64,000 nt of DNA from Eledone cirrhosa (GCA_964016885.1 OZ024741.1:371256001-371320000); one strand, 5' to 3'. Positions 12,680-27,080 are shown, counted from the first letter of the stretch. Numbers and translations: made by a program. Notes: generated by a model not told the origin, from the letters alone.

Positions 12680-13092
12680 TCCACATTGTAAAGTGGTTGT
12701 TTGGTGCCACAACAAAAGCACTCAGTCCACACTGTAAAGTGGTTAAATTGGTGACATGATAAAAAGCACCCAGTCCACATTATAAAGTGGTCGTTTTGGA
12801 GCCACAACAAAAAGCACCCAGTCCACACTGTAAAGTGGTTGTGTTGGTGACATGACAAAATGTTCCCAGTCCACACTGTAAAGTGGTTGTTTGGGTACCA
12901 CAATAAAAAGCACTTGGTTCACACTGTAAATGTGATTGGCATGAGGAAGGGCATCCAAGCCAGAAACAGTTTTGTATGAGCAAGACACTGTCATCTGGTC
13001 TGACTTGTCTCACAATGGGACAACTCATCTAACCCATGCTGGAATAAATGGATGTTAAACAATGATGATAATGATGATGGTGATGATGATGA
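12680..13092 (+). mobile_element. RTE 3' UTR-derived element, nested in a second TTAA-CCC MITE (~12609-13272)
   Basis: cagtccacactgtaaagtggtt subrepeats, aggaagggcatcc, cccatgc...gttaaac(GAT)n tail. Confidence 0.7.
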
Positions 13093-13433
13093 TTAAAACC
13101 TTCCAACATAATTATATATAAGAACTCTTTGTTAAATAATGTTTCTAATTACAGTTTACTAATAAAAGGGGGAAACTATTTTACTAAGTTCCTCAAAGTT
13201 CTTGAATGTTTTTGAAATAAGATGAAACACTTTACTAGTGTATTTCTATAGAAATTACATAACAAAAAAAGGATTAATATTATAATTTTTCTTATCAGCA
13301 ATCTCATTTTTAGATTTTTTAATGATTGTGTTTTTTGCTATGTTTCAATTGATATAATCTTCAGCTGTCATCAGATCTCATATTTCTAGATGTATACATA
13401 GATTGAATTTGACCTGGGAACTTTTATTTTTAA

Positions 13434-13640
13434 CCCTTTAGCATTTATATATTGTATTTTTTGTGGTAAAGGCTTTATCTCACATAATTATCTCACATAA
13501 TATCGAATCTATGAGATTTTGATATTATTTATTTTGAGAACAATACCTTAACATCAGTATGAGTGGCCAGTTATGGCCGGTTTGAATAGAAAGAGGTAAG
13601 AGAATTCTGGCCAGATTTGGCTGGCTTAAATGCTAAAGGG
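13434..13640. mobile_element. piggyBac-type MITE family A (further copies ~17358-17554, 31895-32128, ~33556-33758)
   Basis: TTAA|CCCTTTAGCATTTA...TAAATGCTAAAGGG|TTAA. Confidence 0.85.
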
Positions 13641-15118
13641 TTAAACTAAAATGTTGTTGGACCTCTGTTGGTTGTAATGATGAGTATTCCAGTTGTTTCA
13701 TCAATGGAACAACCTGCTCATGAAATTAACATGTAAGTGGCCGAGCATTCCAAGATCATATATATCCTTAATGTAGTTCTCAGGGAGATTCAGTATGACA
13801 TAAATGTGACAAGGCTTGCCCTTTAAATTACAAGTCCACTCATTCTTTTTGCCAGCTGAGTGGACTGGGGCAATGTGAAGTAAAGTGTCTTGCTCAAGGA
13901 CACACACTGTCATTTAGAATCTAACTCATAACTATACAATTGTGAATTGAATCTATATATAAATTTGAGCGACTTCCATCTGTCTGTCTGTCCATCACAC
14001 AATGTATGTGTGTATTTGTGTGAATATTTGTGTGTGTAAAAGGAAGGAAGTGGATGGTGAAAAAAACTATAGCAAAACAGTGACTCCCATTTGCTATGCT
14101 GTGTATGAGTGTGTGTGTGTGTGTGTGAATGTATGTGTGTGTTTGTGTGAATATATGTGTATTTGTGTGAATGTATGTCTGTGAGTGTGTATTTTTGTAA
14201 GTGTGTCTGTGTTTGCGCATTTATATATATACTCATACATATAAATGTATGCATATACACATACACACACACATATACACATACGCGTCAGCATGTTAAA
14301 AAAAATCCTAGTGATTAAAAAGTTCACTTCGCAATTTTTAAGTCCTAGTTTAATTCGCACTGTGTGCTATCTTGTGCAAGTGTGGTGTTTTGGGCCGATT
14401 CCTGTCTTGTGAGTGAAATTAGGTAGACCTTCAGATGGATTGTATCTGTAATTAAAAGATCCAGTCTTATCACACATTGTGTTATACTGAATCTCCCTGA
14501 GAATTACAGTGAGGGTACTTATATCTGCAGAATACTCAGCCACATACACATTAATTTTGTGCAGGCTGCACCATTGATCGAACAACTGAAACACTCATTA
14601 TTGAAACCAATGGAGCTCCATTCCATAAACGAAAGGTAATGATACACTTATCCACTATATAAGCAAGTTGTATTTTATTGTGTTATTTATGTTCTGAGTT
14701 TAAATCCCACCAAGGTCAACGTTATCTTTCATCTTTCCAAGGTTGAAAAAATAAAGTACCAGTCATGTACTGAGGTTGATATAATTGATTTTCCCTACCC
14801 ATCAAATTGCTGGTCTTGTACCAAAATAAGAAAGCATTATTTTATGTATTTTTAAACAGGGTCTTTATTCAAATTTTGAACCAAAACCTGACATTTATAT
14901 AAGAAAAGAAAAGAAATAAAATAATTGTTTCTACTTTTGGCACAAGGCCAGCAATTACCCAGTGCATTACTGGTACTTTATTTTATCGACCCCGTAAGAA
15001 TGAAAGGCAAAGTTAAAATCTCGCTGAGGTTAACATAGACCCGTTGTGGTTGATATCAACCACTTTCGGGGTCCCTGATCTACAGCAAACTCTAACTAAA
15101 TCTTGATTCTTTTCACAG

Positions 15119-15221
15119 ATTTGACATTGGTGTCTTGATTACAGAAAAGAGTGTCCCTGTACCACAATCTTGTACTGCAATGCAACTACAAACTTTACTA
15201 GCTAAGGAAGCAGCAGATCTA
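15119..15221 (+). CDS. MTFMT: MTFMT exon
   Basis: tttcacag|A TTT GAC...GAT CTA|gtaagt; (Q)FDIGVLITEKSVPVPQSCTAMQLQTLLAKEAADL contains the catalytic D-x-G; 103 nt, in frame. Confidence 0.93.
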
Positions 15222-17038
15222 GTAAGTAGCATCTTACAATCTACCTAATCATACTACTGGGCACATGATCATGAGTTCAAACTCTTCTAGAGTCATTATG
15301 TTACGTCATCTTCACTAGCAAGAGTTGATTTGATTGTCACATACCACATCATTGCTGAATTGGAGCCACTGACCTCTCAAATAGGATGGGAGCCAGTATC
15401 TCACTCATATATGATTCTGTTATCTGCAATGTGCATCAAGTGTATTTTATTGTGGGTCCAGCTCTAGAGGGATTGACATGAATCCCCTGAGCTCCTTGTT
15501 TGGCAGGTTTTCTATGGTTGGATGTCCTTACTTTGTTACACTGTATTTCTATGGTTGGATGTCCTCACATGTTACACTGTATTTGTTTGGGTTACCTGTC
15601 AGTTTCATTTTAAAATCTTTTTCTTCTTCCTCTTTGCCCATTTATTTCTGGGAGGGTCATGGTAGCAGAATCCTTAAACACTTCTAGTGACAGGAGCAGC
15701 TGTTTCTAATTGATCTGGCTAGATCCCTAAGTGAGACCAACTGAGCTCATGGATGTCATCTTGCTTGGGGTCTACCCCTTGTCTCCTGCCAGTTGGTTTT
15801 GCCCATAAAATCTGTTCAGCGATTCTTTCCTGAGGGAGATGTGATCTACCTGGAGCAACTCTGTGGTCTCCAAGCTACACACTCAATCGAGTTATGTTAC
15901 TCCAAAAACTCTTCGGAGGAACCTCATTTTGGCTGCTTGTATTTGCAATCATATTCTTTCAGTCATTACCCAAGATCGATGACCATAGGTAAGTGTTGGC
16001 ATAAATACTGAACTGAAGATAACAAGTTTGGTTTTTACACCTACCTCCCTTCCTCTGATTACTGAACACTGAAGCTGCACCTTACTGCATACCATAAATA
16101 TACATTGGGTCTGAAGAAATGTGTTCTCAACCACAGTGTATTTTTAACATCATTTATGGCATGATTTCTACAGAAAACTGACAGTTAACTCATACAAATG
16201 TACAATATTGTTATAACATAGCTTTACAATGGATTTTGAGGTCTCTTACTACATGTTGAATATTATACCACATGCATGCACACATACATGTATATGTGTA
16301 CACATGTATGTATGCATATATATATATATATATATAAATATATTATTATCATCACCTTTACGATCTGAGTTCAAATCCCGCCGAGGTTAACTTTGCCTTT
16401 CATCCTTACGGGGTCGATAAAATAAAGTACCAGTAATGCACTTGGTAATTGCTGGCCTTGTGCCTAAAGTAGAAACAATTATCATTATCATCACCATTTA
16501 ATATCTATTTCCCATGCTTCCATTAGTAAGACACGTTGTCACATTCTGCAGCTAAACTGCTTAAGATACCATGTTATGCTCCTATGCTCCAGTTTTGGCT
16601 TGGTTTCAATGGTTGGATGTCCTTCCTAATGCCAACAATTTTGCAGCATATACTGGAAGTATTTTATTGTGGCACAAACACTACCACTATACAGGGTGGA
16701 TTGGGTGTTTTTATTGTGGTACCAGCACTCTACAACCTTACAGGTAAAGTGGTGGTGCTACAACAAAATGCACCCTGAGCATTCTATTTAGTGATAGTGC
16801 TGGAGACATGATAAAATGCTCCTGCTATATGCAATAAAGTGGTTGGCATAAGGAAGGGCCTCTAGCCATAAAAACCATGCCGGAATGGAATTTATGAGTG
16901 AGACTCGGTCCTCTGACCTGTCTTGCCTCAGAACATGACAACCTGTCTAAGCCATGCAAGTATGGAAAATAGATATTAAATGATGATGATCATTTGATAA
17001 GGTGTTAGTTATCTATTCCTGGTACTTCTATATTTCAG

Positions 17039-17108
17039 CTGTTACAGACATTATCTGAAATCCCTCTTCATGAAGAGAAAGTGCAAGATGAAACGGGTGT
17101 CACCTATG
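17039..17108 (+). CDS. MTFMT: MTFMT exon
   Basis: tttcag|CTG...TAT G|gtaat; LLQTLSEIPLHEEKVQDETGVTY(A) matches the Fmt Q-x-x-x-G-x-TYA linker; 70 nt. Confidence 0.9.
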
Positions 17109-17917
17109 GTAATAAACCTCTGAATTTCTTCATCTATTTATTTTTGATCATTTTTTCATCATCATCAACACTTGTTCTCATAGCCAGATGGCAACCTTGA
17201 TGCCAACTGTAATTTTTTTTTACCCCTTTGATACCAAACCATCTGAAACTACTCATGATTCTATGATAGAAAACTGTTTTAATGTGTTTATATTTATCTA
17301 AAAAACTTCCATCATAATTTTATGTAAACACCCTTGTTAAGCTATGCTCCAAAAATCAGCATTTAAACCGATTGTATCCAGCCAGAATTTTCGCCCCTTT
17401 TTGAAACTGGCTGTTACCAGCAGCTCACACCAACATTAAGATATTGTTCTTAAAATAAACAATAACAACATCAAAAACTTGTAGACTTGAGATTATGAGA
17501 GATAAAGATTTTACCGTGAAAAAGCTATAGTAAATATATGTAAATGCTAAAGGGTTAATAATGAGCAAGTTAGTTGTTTATCAAAATCCCTTCAAACTCT
17601 TGATTTGAAAATTATAGGCAGTGTCTTTCATTAGAAATATAGTAATGAAAGGGTTAAGTAAGGTATGGTTCTTCACACAACAAACTTCAAAACAACTGGA
17701 GTTCTGTTTAGACAACATAAACAAACATCAGTGAGAGCAATGTCCAATGCAAAATGAAGACACCAAGACACGTTTGTTAATTGAAATATTTATAGTAGTA
17801 GACAAAGATTTATGAAAAAATGACACTATTAGACTTCAATTTTTAATGTGATACAGTCATTGTTATGTTTTTATATTTTTCAAGAATGTCTTGCTAATGT
17901 GGTTTCACTTTAGTTAT

Positions 17918-20080
17918 ATCATCATCATCATATGTTCGCTTTTCCCTGCTTTCTAGGGTGGGACAGGTCTTATTCAGCACAGCATCTCTCCATTTCTCAC
18001 GGTCTTTCGTCATCTCCTCCGTGAGCTTCAGCGATCTGAGGTCTGCTCTCAACACCTCCGCCCATATTTTTCGTGGTCTACCTCTACTGCGTCAACCTTC
18101 CACTGGGATTTCTTGGCATTTCTTTACCCAGCGGTCATCCTCCATGCGCATCACATGTCCATACCATCTCAGCCTTCTCTCCTGCACACCACAACTTATC
18201 CCTCTTAAACACAGTTATCTCTCTCAACATATCCATGCATGGTCGTTCACGCATATTGACATTGCACATCCAACGGAGCATACTTGCTTCATTTCTCTAC
18301 AGCCGTCGCATATCCTCTGCAGTTGCTGCCCATGTCTCACTACCATGTAACATCGCGCATCTCACACAGGCATTATATAACCGTCCTTTCTGTATGCATA
18401 GAGAAACCCTTCTTTGTCAACAGGGGAAGCAGCTCCCTAAACTTCTTCCAACCCGTCCTTATTCTAGATACTATGGTCTCGGAACACCCCCGCCTCCCAT
18501 GCTAATCTGATCACCTAGGTACTGGAAGCTATCAACCACTTCTATAGAACCCACCTGCATTGGAAAAATGTGTCTATCAATGCGACTTCTACTGTCTAAT
18601 TTTCCTGTACATCTACTGCATACGTAGTTTTCCCTACCTGTTAGTTTGCCTTCTATCCCACTACATCTCTTGTGTACCCAAGACCTGCATTGCATACATT
18701 TTATGGAATTTATGCCAGTTCCTTTCCTACATATCGAACATGGCCATTTCCCTGATGGAATCAGAGTATTGTCCTCTCTTCTACTTATCAACATTTTTGT
18801 CTGAGCTATGTTCACTCTCAGTCCTCTTGATTCCAACTGTTGTTTCCATAGCCAGAATTTATTTTCTAGCTCCTCTACTGATTCTGCTATAAGAACCAAA
18901 TCATCAGCATAGAGAAGTTCCCATGGGCATCCAGTCTTAAACTCCTCTGTTATGGCTTGGAGGACTTTAATGAACAAGAGTGGGCTGAGGAACGAACCCT
19001 GATGTACACCTACTTGTATCTGGAATTCCTCACTAAACCCCATTCCTACTCTCATTTTACTGACAGCACCCCTGTACATAGCTTGCACTGTCCTCACAAG
19101 CCATTTCTCTACACCTAGTTTCCTTAGGGACGACCAGATGAGAGATCGGGGTACCCTATCAAAGGCCTTCTCTAGGTCAACAAAAGCTAAGTATAGTGGT
19201 TTATTCTTCTCTAAGAACCTCTCTTGTAGTTGCCTCACTAAGAAGAGGGCATCTGTTGTACTTTTCCGAGGCACAAAACCAAACTGCATCTCATCTAATT
19301 TGACCCTTTCTCTAATCAGTTGCGCTAATATTCTCTCTGCCACTTTCATAACCTGATCCATCAGCTTTATGCCCCTATAATTGCTCCTCTCCAGAGCATC
19401 CCCTTTACCTTTGTAGCAATTTATGAGAATACTGCTGCACCAGTCTTTGGGTATGACACCACCATATATAGCTTGATTGATGATGCGTGCAACCAGTTTA
19501 GTGCCTACTTCTTCTGATGCCTTTAGCATCTCAGCAACTATCCCCGACGGTCCAGTAGCCTTACCATTCTTCATTTCCTTAATTGCCTCTTGTATCCTAT
19601 ATTCGTCAATCTCAATAGCTGGTCCCTCTGTCGGGTCTACTGGGGGTAATTTCTCTCTCCTATTCATTCTCCACATTCATCAGTCTCTCATAATGACATT
19701 TCCAGGCCTTCTTTTTTTGATCATTTGTGACACTAAGTACACCGGCATCATTCCAGACACACTTATCTCCAACAACATCCTGATTTGCACTGACACACTG
19801 CCTTGCAATGCGGAACACCGCACGTCTCTGATCTTCCCGTCGCAGAACATTGGCAAACCTCCTACTCTCAGCCTCCCTGCGTGCTAATTACACCTGACGT
19901 CTATCTTCTCTCTTAGCGGCTGTGTATCCTTCTCTACTCCCACCATTTTTTCAAGCCATCCATGCCAGTCTTTTGTCTCTAATGGCCCTATCTACCGTGC
20001 TGTTCCACCACCAGGTCACTCTCTGTCTGCTTGAAGCTCTGCCCCAACCACAAGTTTCTTCAGTAGCCTGCAGTAAATGT
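17918..20080 (-). mobile_element. RTE LINE family 2, truncated and frameshifted
   Basis: ORF 18471-19676: DLEKAFDRVP, QGSFLSP, YADD, PHD-like finger; short 3' end with (GAT)n. Confidence 0.9.
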
Positions 20081-20710
20081 TTGTGAATTATATTTATAAT
20101 GTTCCTAGCAATAATTAATAGATTATACAAATGTACTTCTATTTAATCTTATATATTTATTATATAGTTATACAACCTTGTAAATGTACAAGAAACAGCT
20201 TTTAGACTCATTCTTTCATATGGTTGAGGATATTAAGAGTTGAATCTTATGACTATAGATCTCGTAAAAGATAAGTAGACCAACTTGATTTACTCATGTT
20301 GGGGTCATTTTACAACTGCTTAAAATCACAAGTTTGAGCTAAAGAATTAGGATTCATGAGGAAATGTGTTGCTGACTCATGTTCTTATTATTTAGTCTCC
20401 AAGATGTTCACTGTTTCAGTAATTATTAATTCCTACTTTGGTTTTATTCTAGAGTTGATGGTTTCTATTATTTCCTCATATGAAGTTTCATCAAGTGTTT
20501 TAGGAAACAGCATGTATTGTTTTATAATAGCTTCAATTCCATATTTTCAAAGAAATAATTCTACAATAAACACGTCTTGAGAGTCTTTAGAAACTTTTAG
20601 TATATCAACTGTTGCCATAAAATGAATGAACCATGTAACAGCCTCATTTAGGTCATCAAGACAAAGATATTTAATTTCTTTTAACATTTTCATATGTATG
20701 TGTGTTTGTT

Positions 20711-20785
<75 letters not shown>

Positions 20786-20881
20786 TTTTATATGTATAGG
20801 TGGTGCTATTAAGTTAGACATGGCCAGGGACAATACTGGCCGAAACCTATCAAAGTTATATATATGTGTGTGTGTATAAAA

Positions 20882-21072
20882 TAATTGTTTCTACTTTAGG
20901 CACAAGGCCAGCAATTACCCAATGCATTACTGGTACTTTATTTTATCGACCCCGTAAGGATGAAAGGCAAAGTCAACCTCGGTGGGATTTGAACTCAGAT
21001 CGTAAAGGGACGTAACTATGCTGGAAAGCATGGCGTCCGACACTCTACCGATACTGCAAATCCACTGCCCTA
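20882..21072 (-). mobile_element. tRNA-derived SINE family A (representative; >20 whole or partial copies, e.g. 1-145, 24272-24460, 48362-48577, 51365-51565)
   Basis: Head TGGCAGTATCGG...GAGTTCAAATCCC (A/B boxes), conserved body ctttgcctttcatccttacggggtcgataaaataaagtaccag, tail tagaaacaattatt. Confidence 0.85.
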
Positions 21073-21319
21073 TTGTGTGTATAAAATAATGAAACAAAGT
21101 TATTGAATAGGACTGACACAGCTTTGGTCATTTTCTCACTCACTCAATAATTTAATTAAGTCTGTATTATTAAGACACAAACCTAAGGAAAATTAGAGTG
21201 CATACATATATGTTAATTAGGGAGAAAAACTATTTCGTGTAAATAGAAAATGTTATTAATAAAAAGGCTTGAAATTAATGCATACAAGATTTCACAGTAC
21301 TAACAGCAGTCTTTCATAG

Positions 21320-22660
21320 CCAGCTTACGGACCTTTCAGCGTGGGTTAGATGGGTTGTCCCATTAGAGGCAAGTTGGGTCGGGTGACCATGTCTTGCTCA
21401 TATAGGACTGTTTCTAGCTCAATTTCTATGACTGGATGCCCTTCCTAAAGCCAACCACTTTATAGTGTGGGTTGGGTGCTTTTTGTTGTGACACCTTCAC
21501 GGCCCACGTTCGTGATACCAACATAACTTTATAGTGTAAGGGTGGTGTGTACAGAAGTGGAAGGGTGGTATAGGGGTGTGTGGAAGCTGGTATAGTGGAT
21601 TAAATGGTTAAGAGGTGCCTACTGGGTTGTTTGAGTCCACGCACAAGGGAAGGTGGGTCGTCTGTATTACTGCATACTGCCAAAGATCTCGATCCTGTGT
21701 CATTATCTTTGAGAAGTGCAATTGTGCAAGGTCAGCTTTTAACACATCATCCCAGGACTTCCTGGGTCTTCCTACTCCATAGCTTGCATCAATTTTGATT
21801 GTCCTGCACCTTTTTATACAGCTGTTATCCTTCATATGCATCACATGACCATACCAACACAATCTCCTATCTTGTACACTGTATCTGATCCCTCTTATGC
21901 CTAGTTTCTCACTTAGTTCATTTACACTTTGCCATTCGTGTATATTACAATTACACATCCATTGGAGCATGCATGCTTCATTTCTTTCCAATCTGTGCAA
22001 GTCATCTGCGTACAGTGTCCAGGTCTCACTACCATGTAACACTGCTGTTTGTATACAAGCATCGTAGAATCTGACCTTCATTTTTAGGGAGAGATCTTTT
22101 GTGGCTAACAGCGGTATTAGCTCTGAACTTTTTCCATCCCATTCTTACTCTGGCTACTGTACTTTCAGAACACCCTCCTCCACTGCTGATTTTGTCACCC
22201 AGGTAACGGAAAGTGTTGACTATTTCTATAGAACCATCTGGGAATTTGAAGGAGCGTGTGTCCTGTGGGCTCTTGCTACTTACTGCACCTGAGCATTGAC
22301 CACATATAAAACTTACGTCCTTTGATAGCCTGCCTGTGATCTCACATCTTTTATGCAACCAGAGCTTGCATTTGGGACATAGAATGGAATTTATTCCTAC
22401 TCCTTTTTTGCACACTGAGTAAGGCTATTTCCCAGAAGGGAATCTCCACCCTATTTTGCTTTCTACATACTAAAACTTTAGTCTTAGACAAGTTAACTTT
22501 AAGACCTTTTGATTCTAGGCCATGCTTCCAGGTTTGGAATTTCTTCTCTAATTCTACCATAGATTCAGCTATGAGAGTTAGATTGTCTACATATAGAAGT
22601 TGCCATTGGCAGCCAATCTTAAACTCTTCTGTTGTAGCCTGTAGGGCAATAATAAACAGA
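21320..22660 (-). mobile_element. Older diverged RTE family-1 copy
   Basis: Three frameshifted minus-strand ORFs (22351-22560, 22029-22415, 21608-22081) colinear with family-1 RT, plus 3' UTR. Confidence 0.9.
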
Positions 22661-22818
22661 ATAAATAGAATTTAGCTTCAAACATAGCTGTATACAAATA
22701 TATATTTGAATTTCGTATTTCTAAAGAAATACGGTATGTTTATAAATAAACATTTAGAAAGCCTTAGCTATGAAAAACACTGGCAGCTAATTCTATATGT
22801 ATGTATACATATATATAT

Positions 22819-22846
<28 letters not shown>

Positions 22847-22851
<5 letters not shown>

Positions 22852-24165
22852 CGCAGACGACCTAACACTCATAGCTAAATCAATGGCCGAGCTAGAGAAG
22901 AAATTCCAAACATGGAAGCACGGCCTAGAATCAAAAGGCCTTAAAATTAATCTGGCTAAGACCAAAGTTCTAGTTTGTAGGAAAGAAAATAAGGCGGCGG
23001 TCCCTTCCGGGAAGTGGCCATGCTCAGTGTGTAGGAAAGGCGTAGGTAGAAACTCCATTTTGTGTCAGAAATGCAAAGTATGGGTGCATAAAAGATGTAG
23101 TGGGATCACAGGTAAGCTAACTAAGAACATAGATTTCACATGTGGCCGGTGCTCTGGTGCAATAAGTAGCAGCAAGTGCCCACAAAATACTAGCTCTTTC
23201 AACTGCGCAGAGGGCTCTATAGAAATAGTGGACAGCTTCCGTTACCTGGGTGACAAAATCAGCAGTGGGGGAGGGTGCTCTGAAAGTACAGTAGCTAGAG
23301 TCAGAACTGGATGGAAAAAGTTTAGAGAGCTTATACCACTATTAGCCGCTAAAGGGTTCTCCCTAAAAACGAAAGGCAGGTTGTATGATGCCTGCATACG
23401 AACAGCAATGTTGCATGGCAGTGAGACCTGGGCATTGTGTGCAGAGGATATACGCAGACTAGAGAGAAACGAAGCTTGCATGCTCCGCTGGATGTGTAAT
23501 AGTAATATACGTGAACGGCAAAGCATAAATGAACTAAAGAAAAAATTAGAAATAAGCGGGATCAGATGTTGTTTACTCGAGAGAAGGCTACGTTGGTATG
23601 GACACGTGATGCACATGAAAGTCGATAGCTGTATAACAAAGTGCAGGGCAATAAAGATAGACGGTAGCCACGGAATAGGCAGACCTAGAAAAACCTGGGA
23701 CGAGCTGATAAACTCCGACCTCACACACTTACACCTCTCCAAGACAATGTCACTGGACCGAGATCTTTGGCGGTACTCAGTAATAGAGAAGACCCGCCTT
23801 ACCTAAATACATAGTAAAACCTACTACAGCCCCGTCCCACCACCCCCACCCCATCCACACCGCCCCCTTCTATGTAAAGTTATGTTGGTGCCACACCATC
23901 CAGGCCGAAACAAATGAGATCGTGTAGGTGTCACGACAAAAAAACATACAGTCCACGCTGTAATGTGGCCGTGTAGGCAACACGGTAAAAACCTCCCAGC
24001 CCCACACTGTAAATGTGGTTGGTGTTAGGAAGGGCATCCAACTAGAAAACCTGCCAGACAGTCCTATGCGAGCAAGACAATCACTCTTGCCTCAAGTGGG
24101 AAAACCCCCGTCCAAACCCATGCAAGCGTGGAACACGGACGTTAAACGTTGATGGTGATGATGAT
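22847..24165 (+). mobile_element. 5'-truncated young RTE LINE (family 1)
   Basis: Begins at YADD directly after (TA)n; open frame to stop 23806; (GAT)n tail. Confidence 0.93.
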
Positions 24166-25265
24166 ATACACACATATATGTGTATATATATATATTCATT
24201 TAAAATCACCAGGATGATGATTTTATATGAATAAAACAGTTCTAGTCCTGTAGAAGTTATTTTTATATTAAATAATTGTTTCTACTTAAGGCACAGGGCC
24301 AGCAATTACCCAGTGCATTACTGGTACTTTATTTTATCAACCCCGTAAGGATGAAAGGCAAAGTCAACCTCGGCAGGATTTGAACTCAGATCGTAAAGGG
24401 ACGTAACTATGCTGGAAAGCATGGCATCCGACCCTCTAACGATACTGCCAATCCACCACCTTTTTATATTAAATAATGATGCTTTTTATATTAAATAATG
24501 ATGCTTACACACGTCTAATGTATTGAGTGCTTTTTTAACTGTGGTTATCCCCTACCCCCTCCAATATTACTTGGGATCTATATCATTATCATCGTTTAAC
24601 GTCTATCTTCCATGCTAGCATGGGTTAGACGGGAATTGTCCAAGTTGAGGCAAGATTGATCGGGTGACCGTGTCTCGCCGATATAGGACTGTTTATATGT
24701 ACAAAATACTAGAAGTTTCTCAATGGCTATCCTGTTATATATCATTTCTACTTCTTGTTTACTTGATCCTCTCAACTGATGTTCATGGAACTTTTTTATT
24801 GAGAAACATAATTGATATGTATTTTATATGTAATAGAATTATTTTAAACACACTTGACGCGTTTGTGTATATGTGTGTGTGTGTGTGTATGTAGATTGTA
24901 CACACAGGTGTAGTGAATGTTAGGCGCTGCTTTCTGTAGTTTGTCATCACCCCTTCCTTCCTCAGTCATCTCTAGTGTGTAACATCATCACCCCTTCCTT
25001 CCTCAAATTTATATATAGATTGATTAAACTTAAAATTAGTATATATAAATATAAATATATATATATAACAAAGGAAATGTAGTAAAGAACCAGATGGACC
25101 ATAACGCACCAGAGTACTCAATACTTAGAGTAGTAGAGTGGGAAATAGAAAAAATTTGACCCCGACGGCAGAGCTCAAGCCGTTTTGACGGCTACTAGTC
25201 CAGAAATAGCCGTCGAAACGGCTTGAGCTCTGCCGTCGGGGTCATACTTTTTAATATATATATAT

Positions 25266-25612
25266 ATATTGTTATACTTTGTGAGGGCCATGTTGCCAAT
25301 AAGAAACACACGCACCAGTTGCTTTCACTTCAATTTATTATAAATTAAATTTATAAATTTAGGAATTTATAAATTTCCGGTTGGTTGGTTCCACAACCAG
25401 ATGATTGTTCATATATTGTCAAAGTTCTTTCGTCACACATTATGTGACCTCTTCAGTGACTGGGGATTCTTTTCTTTGTTTTTGTGCCTCTCCTTTGTTC
25501 TGTCCTACGCCATCTTGTTTTTCAAGATGGCGTAGGACAGAGCAAAGTATAACAATATCGGTTTCAACACACGTTTTCAGATAAAGAATCTTGCTAAACA
25601 AATTCAGAAACG

Positions 25613-25614
<2 letters not shown>
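25266..25614. mobile_element. Penelope-like terminal fragment with inverted segment (homologues ~43970-44245, 59675-60000)
   Basis: Shared caaagtat..caatatc.gtttcaacacacgttttcagataa end; contains a hammerhead; flanked by (TA)n. Confidence 0.65.
25418..25460 (-). ncRNA. Minimal hammerhead ribozyme motif
   Basis: Minus strand GUCA-CUGAAGA-G-GUCACA-uaaug-UGUGAC-GAAA-GAAC-UU-UGAC. Confidence 0.75.
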
Positions 25615-25657
<43 letters not shown>

Positions 25658-25667
<10 letters not shown>

Positions 25668-27080
25668 AGAGTTTAGCGTAAAAGTTGGCGTCCATCAGGG
25701 CTCTGTTCTCAGCCCCCTACTATTTATTATTGCCCTTCAGGCTATAACAGAGGAGTTCAAGACAGGCTGCCCATGGGAACTCCTATACGCAGACGACCTG
25801 ACACTCATAGCGGAATCAATGGCCGAGCTAGAGAAGAAATTCCAAACATGGAAGCACGGCCTAGAGTCAAAAGGACTTAAAATTAACCTGGCTAAGACCA
25901 AAGTTCTAGTTTGTAGGAAAGAAAACAAGGCGGCGGTCCCTTCTGGGAAATGGTCGTGCTCGGTATGTAGGAAAGGCGTAGGTAGAAACTCCATCTTATG
26001 TCCTAAATGCAAAGTATGGGTGCATAAAAGATGTAGTGGGATCACAGGTAAGCTAACTAAGAACATAGACTTTACATGTGGCCGGTGTTCTGGTGCAATA
26101 AGTAGCAGCAAGTGCCCACAAAATACTAGCTCTTTCAATTGCGCAGAGGGTTCTATAGAAATAGTGGACAGCTTCCGTTACCTGGGCGATAAAATCAGCA
26201 GTGGGGGAGGGTGCTCTGAAAGTACTGTAGCTAGAGTCAGAACTGGTTGGAAAAAGTTCAGAGAGCTTATACCACTATTAGCTGCTAAAGGGTTCTCCCT
26301 AAAAATGAAAGGCAGGTTGTACGATGCCTGCATACGAACAGCAATGTTGCATGGTAGTGAGACCTGGGCATTGTGTGCAGAGGATATACGCAGACTAGAG
26401 AGGAACGAAGCTTGCATGCTCCGCTGGATGTGTAACAGTAATATACGTGAACGGCAAAGCATAAACGAACTAAGGAAACAATTAGAGATAAGAGGGATCA
26501 GATGTTGTTTACTCGAGAGAAGGCTGCGTTGGTATGGACACGTGATGCGCATGAAAGTCGATAGCTGTATTACAAAGTGCAGGGCAATAAAGATAGACGG
26601 TAGCCACGGAATAGGCAGACCTAGAAAAACATGGGATGAGCTGATAAACTCCGACCTCACACACTTACACCTCTCCAAGACAATGTCACTGGACCGTGAC
26701 CTTTGGCGGTACTCAGTAACAGAGAAGACCCGCCTTGCCAGTAGGCATCTCTAACAAACTACACCCCGTCCCGCCACCACCCCCACCCCATCCACACCAC
26801 CCCGTTCCATGTAAAGTTATGTTGGTGCCGCGCCATCCAGGCCGAAACAAACGAGATCGTGTAGGTGTCACGACAAAAAAACACACAGTCCACGCTGTAA
26901 TGTGGCCGTGTAGGCAACACGGTAAAAACCTCCCAGACCCACACTGTAAATGTGGTTGGTGTTAGGAAGGGCATCCAACTGTAGAAAACCTGCCAGACAA
27001 TCACTCTTGCCTCAAGTGGGACTACCCCCGTCCAAACCCATGCAAGCGTGGAACACGGACGTTAAACGTTGATGATGATG

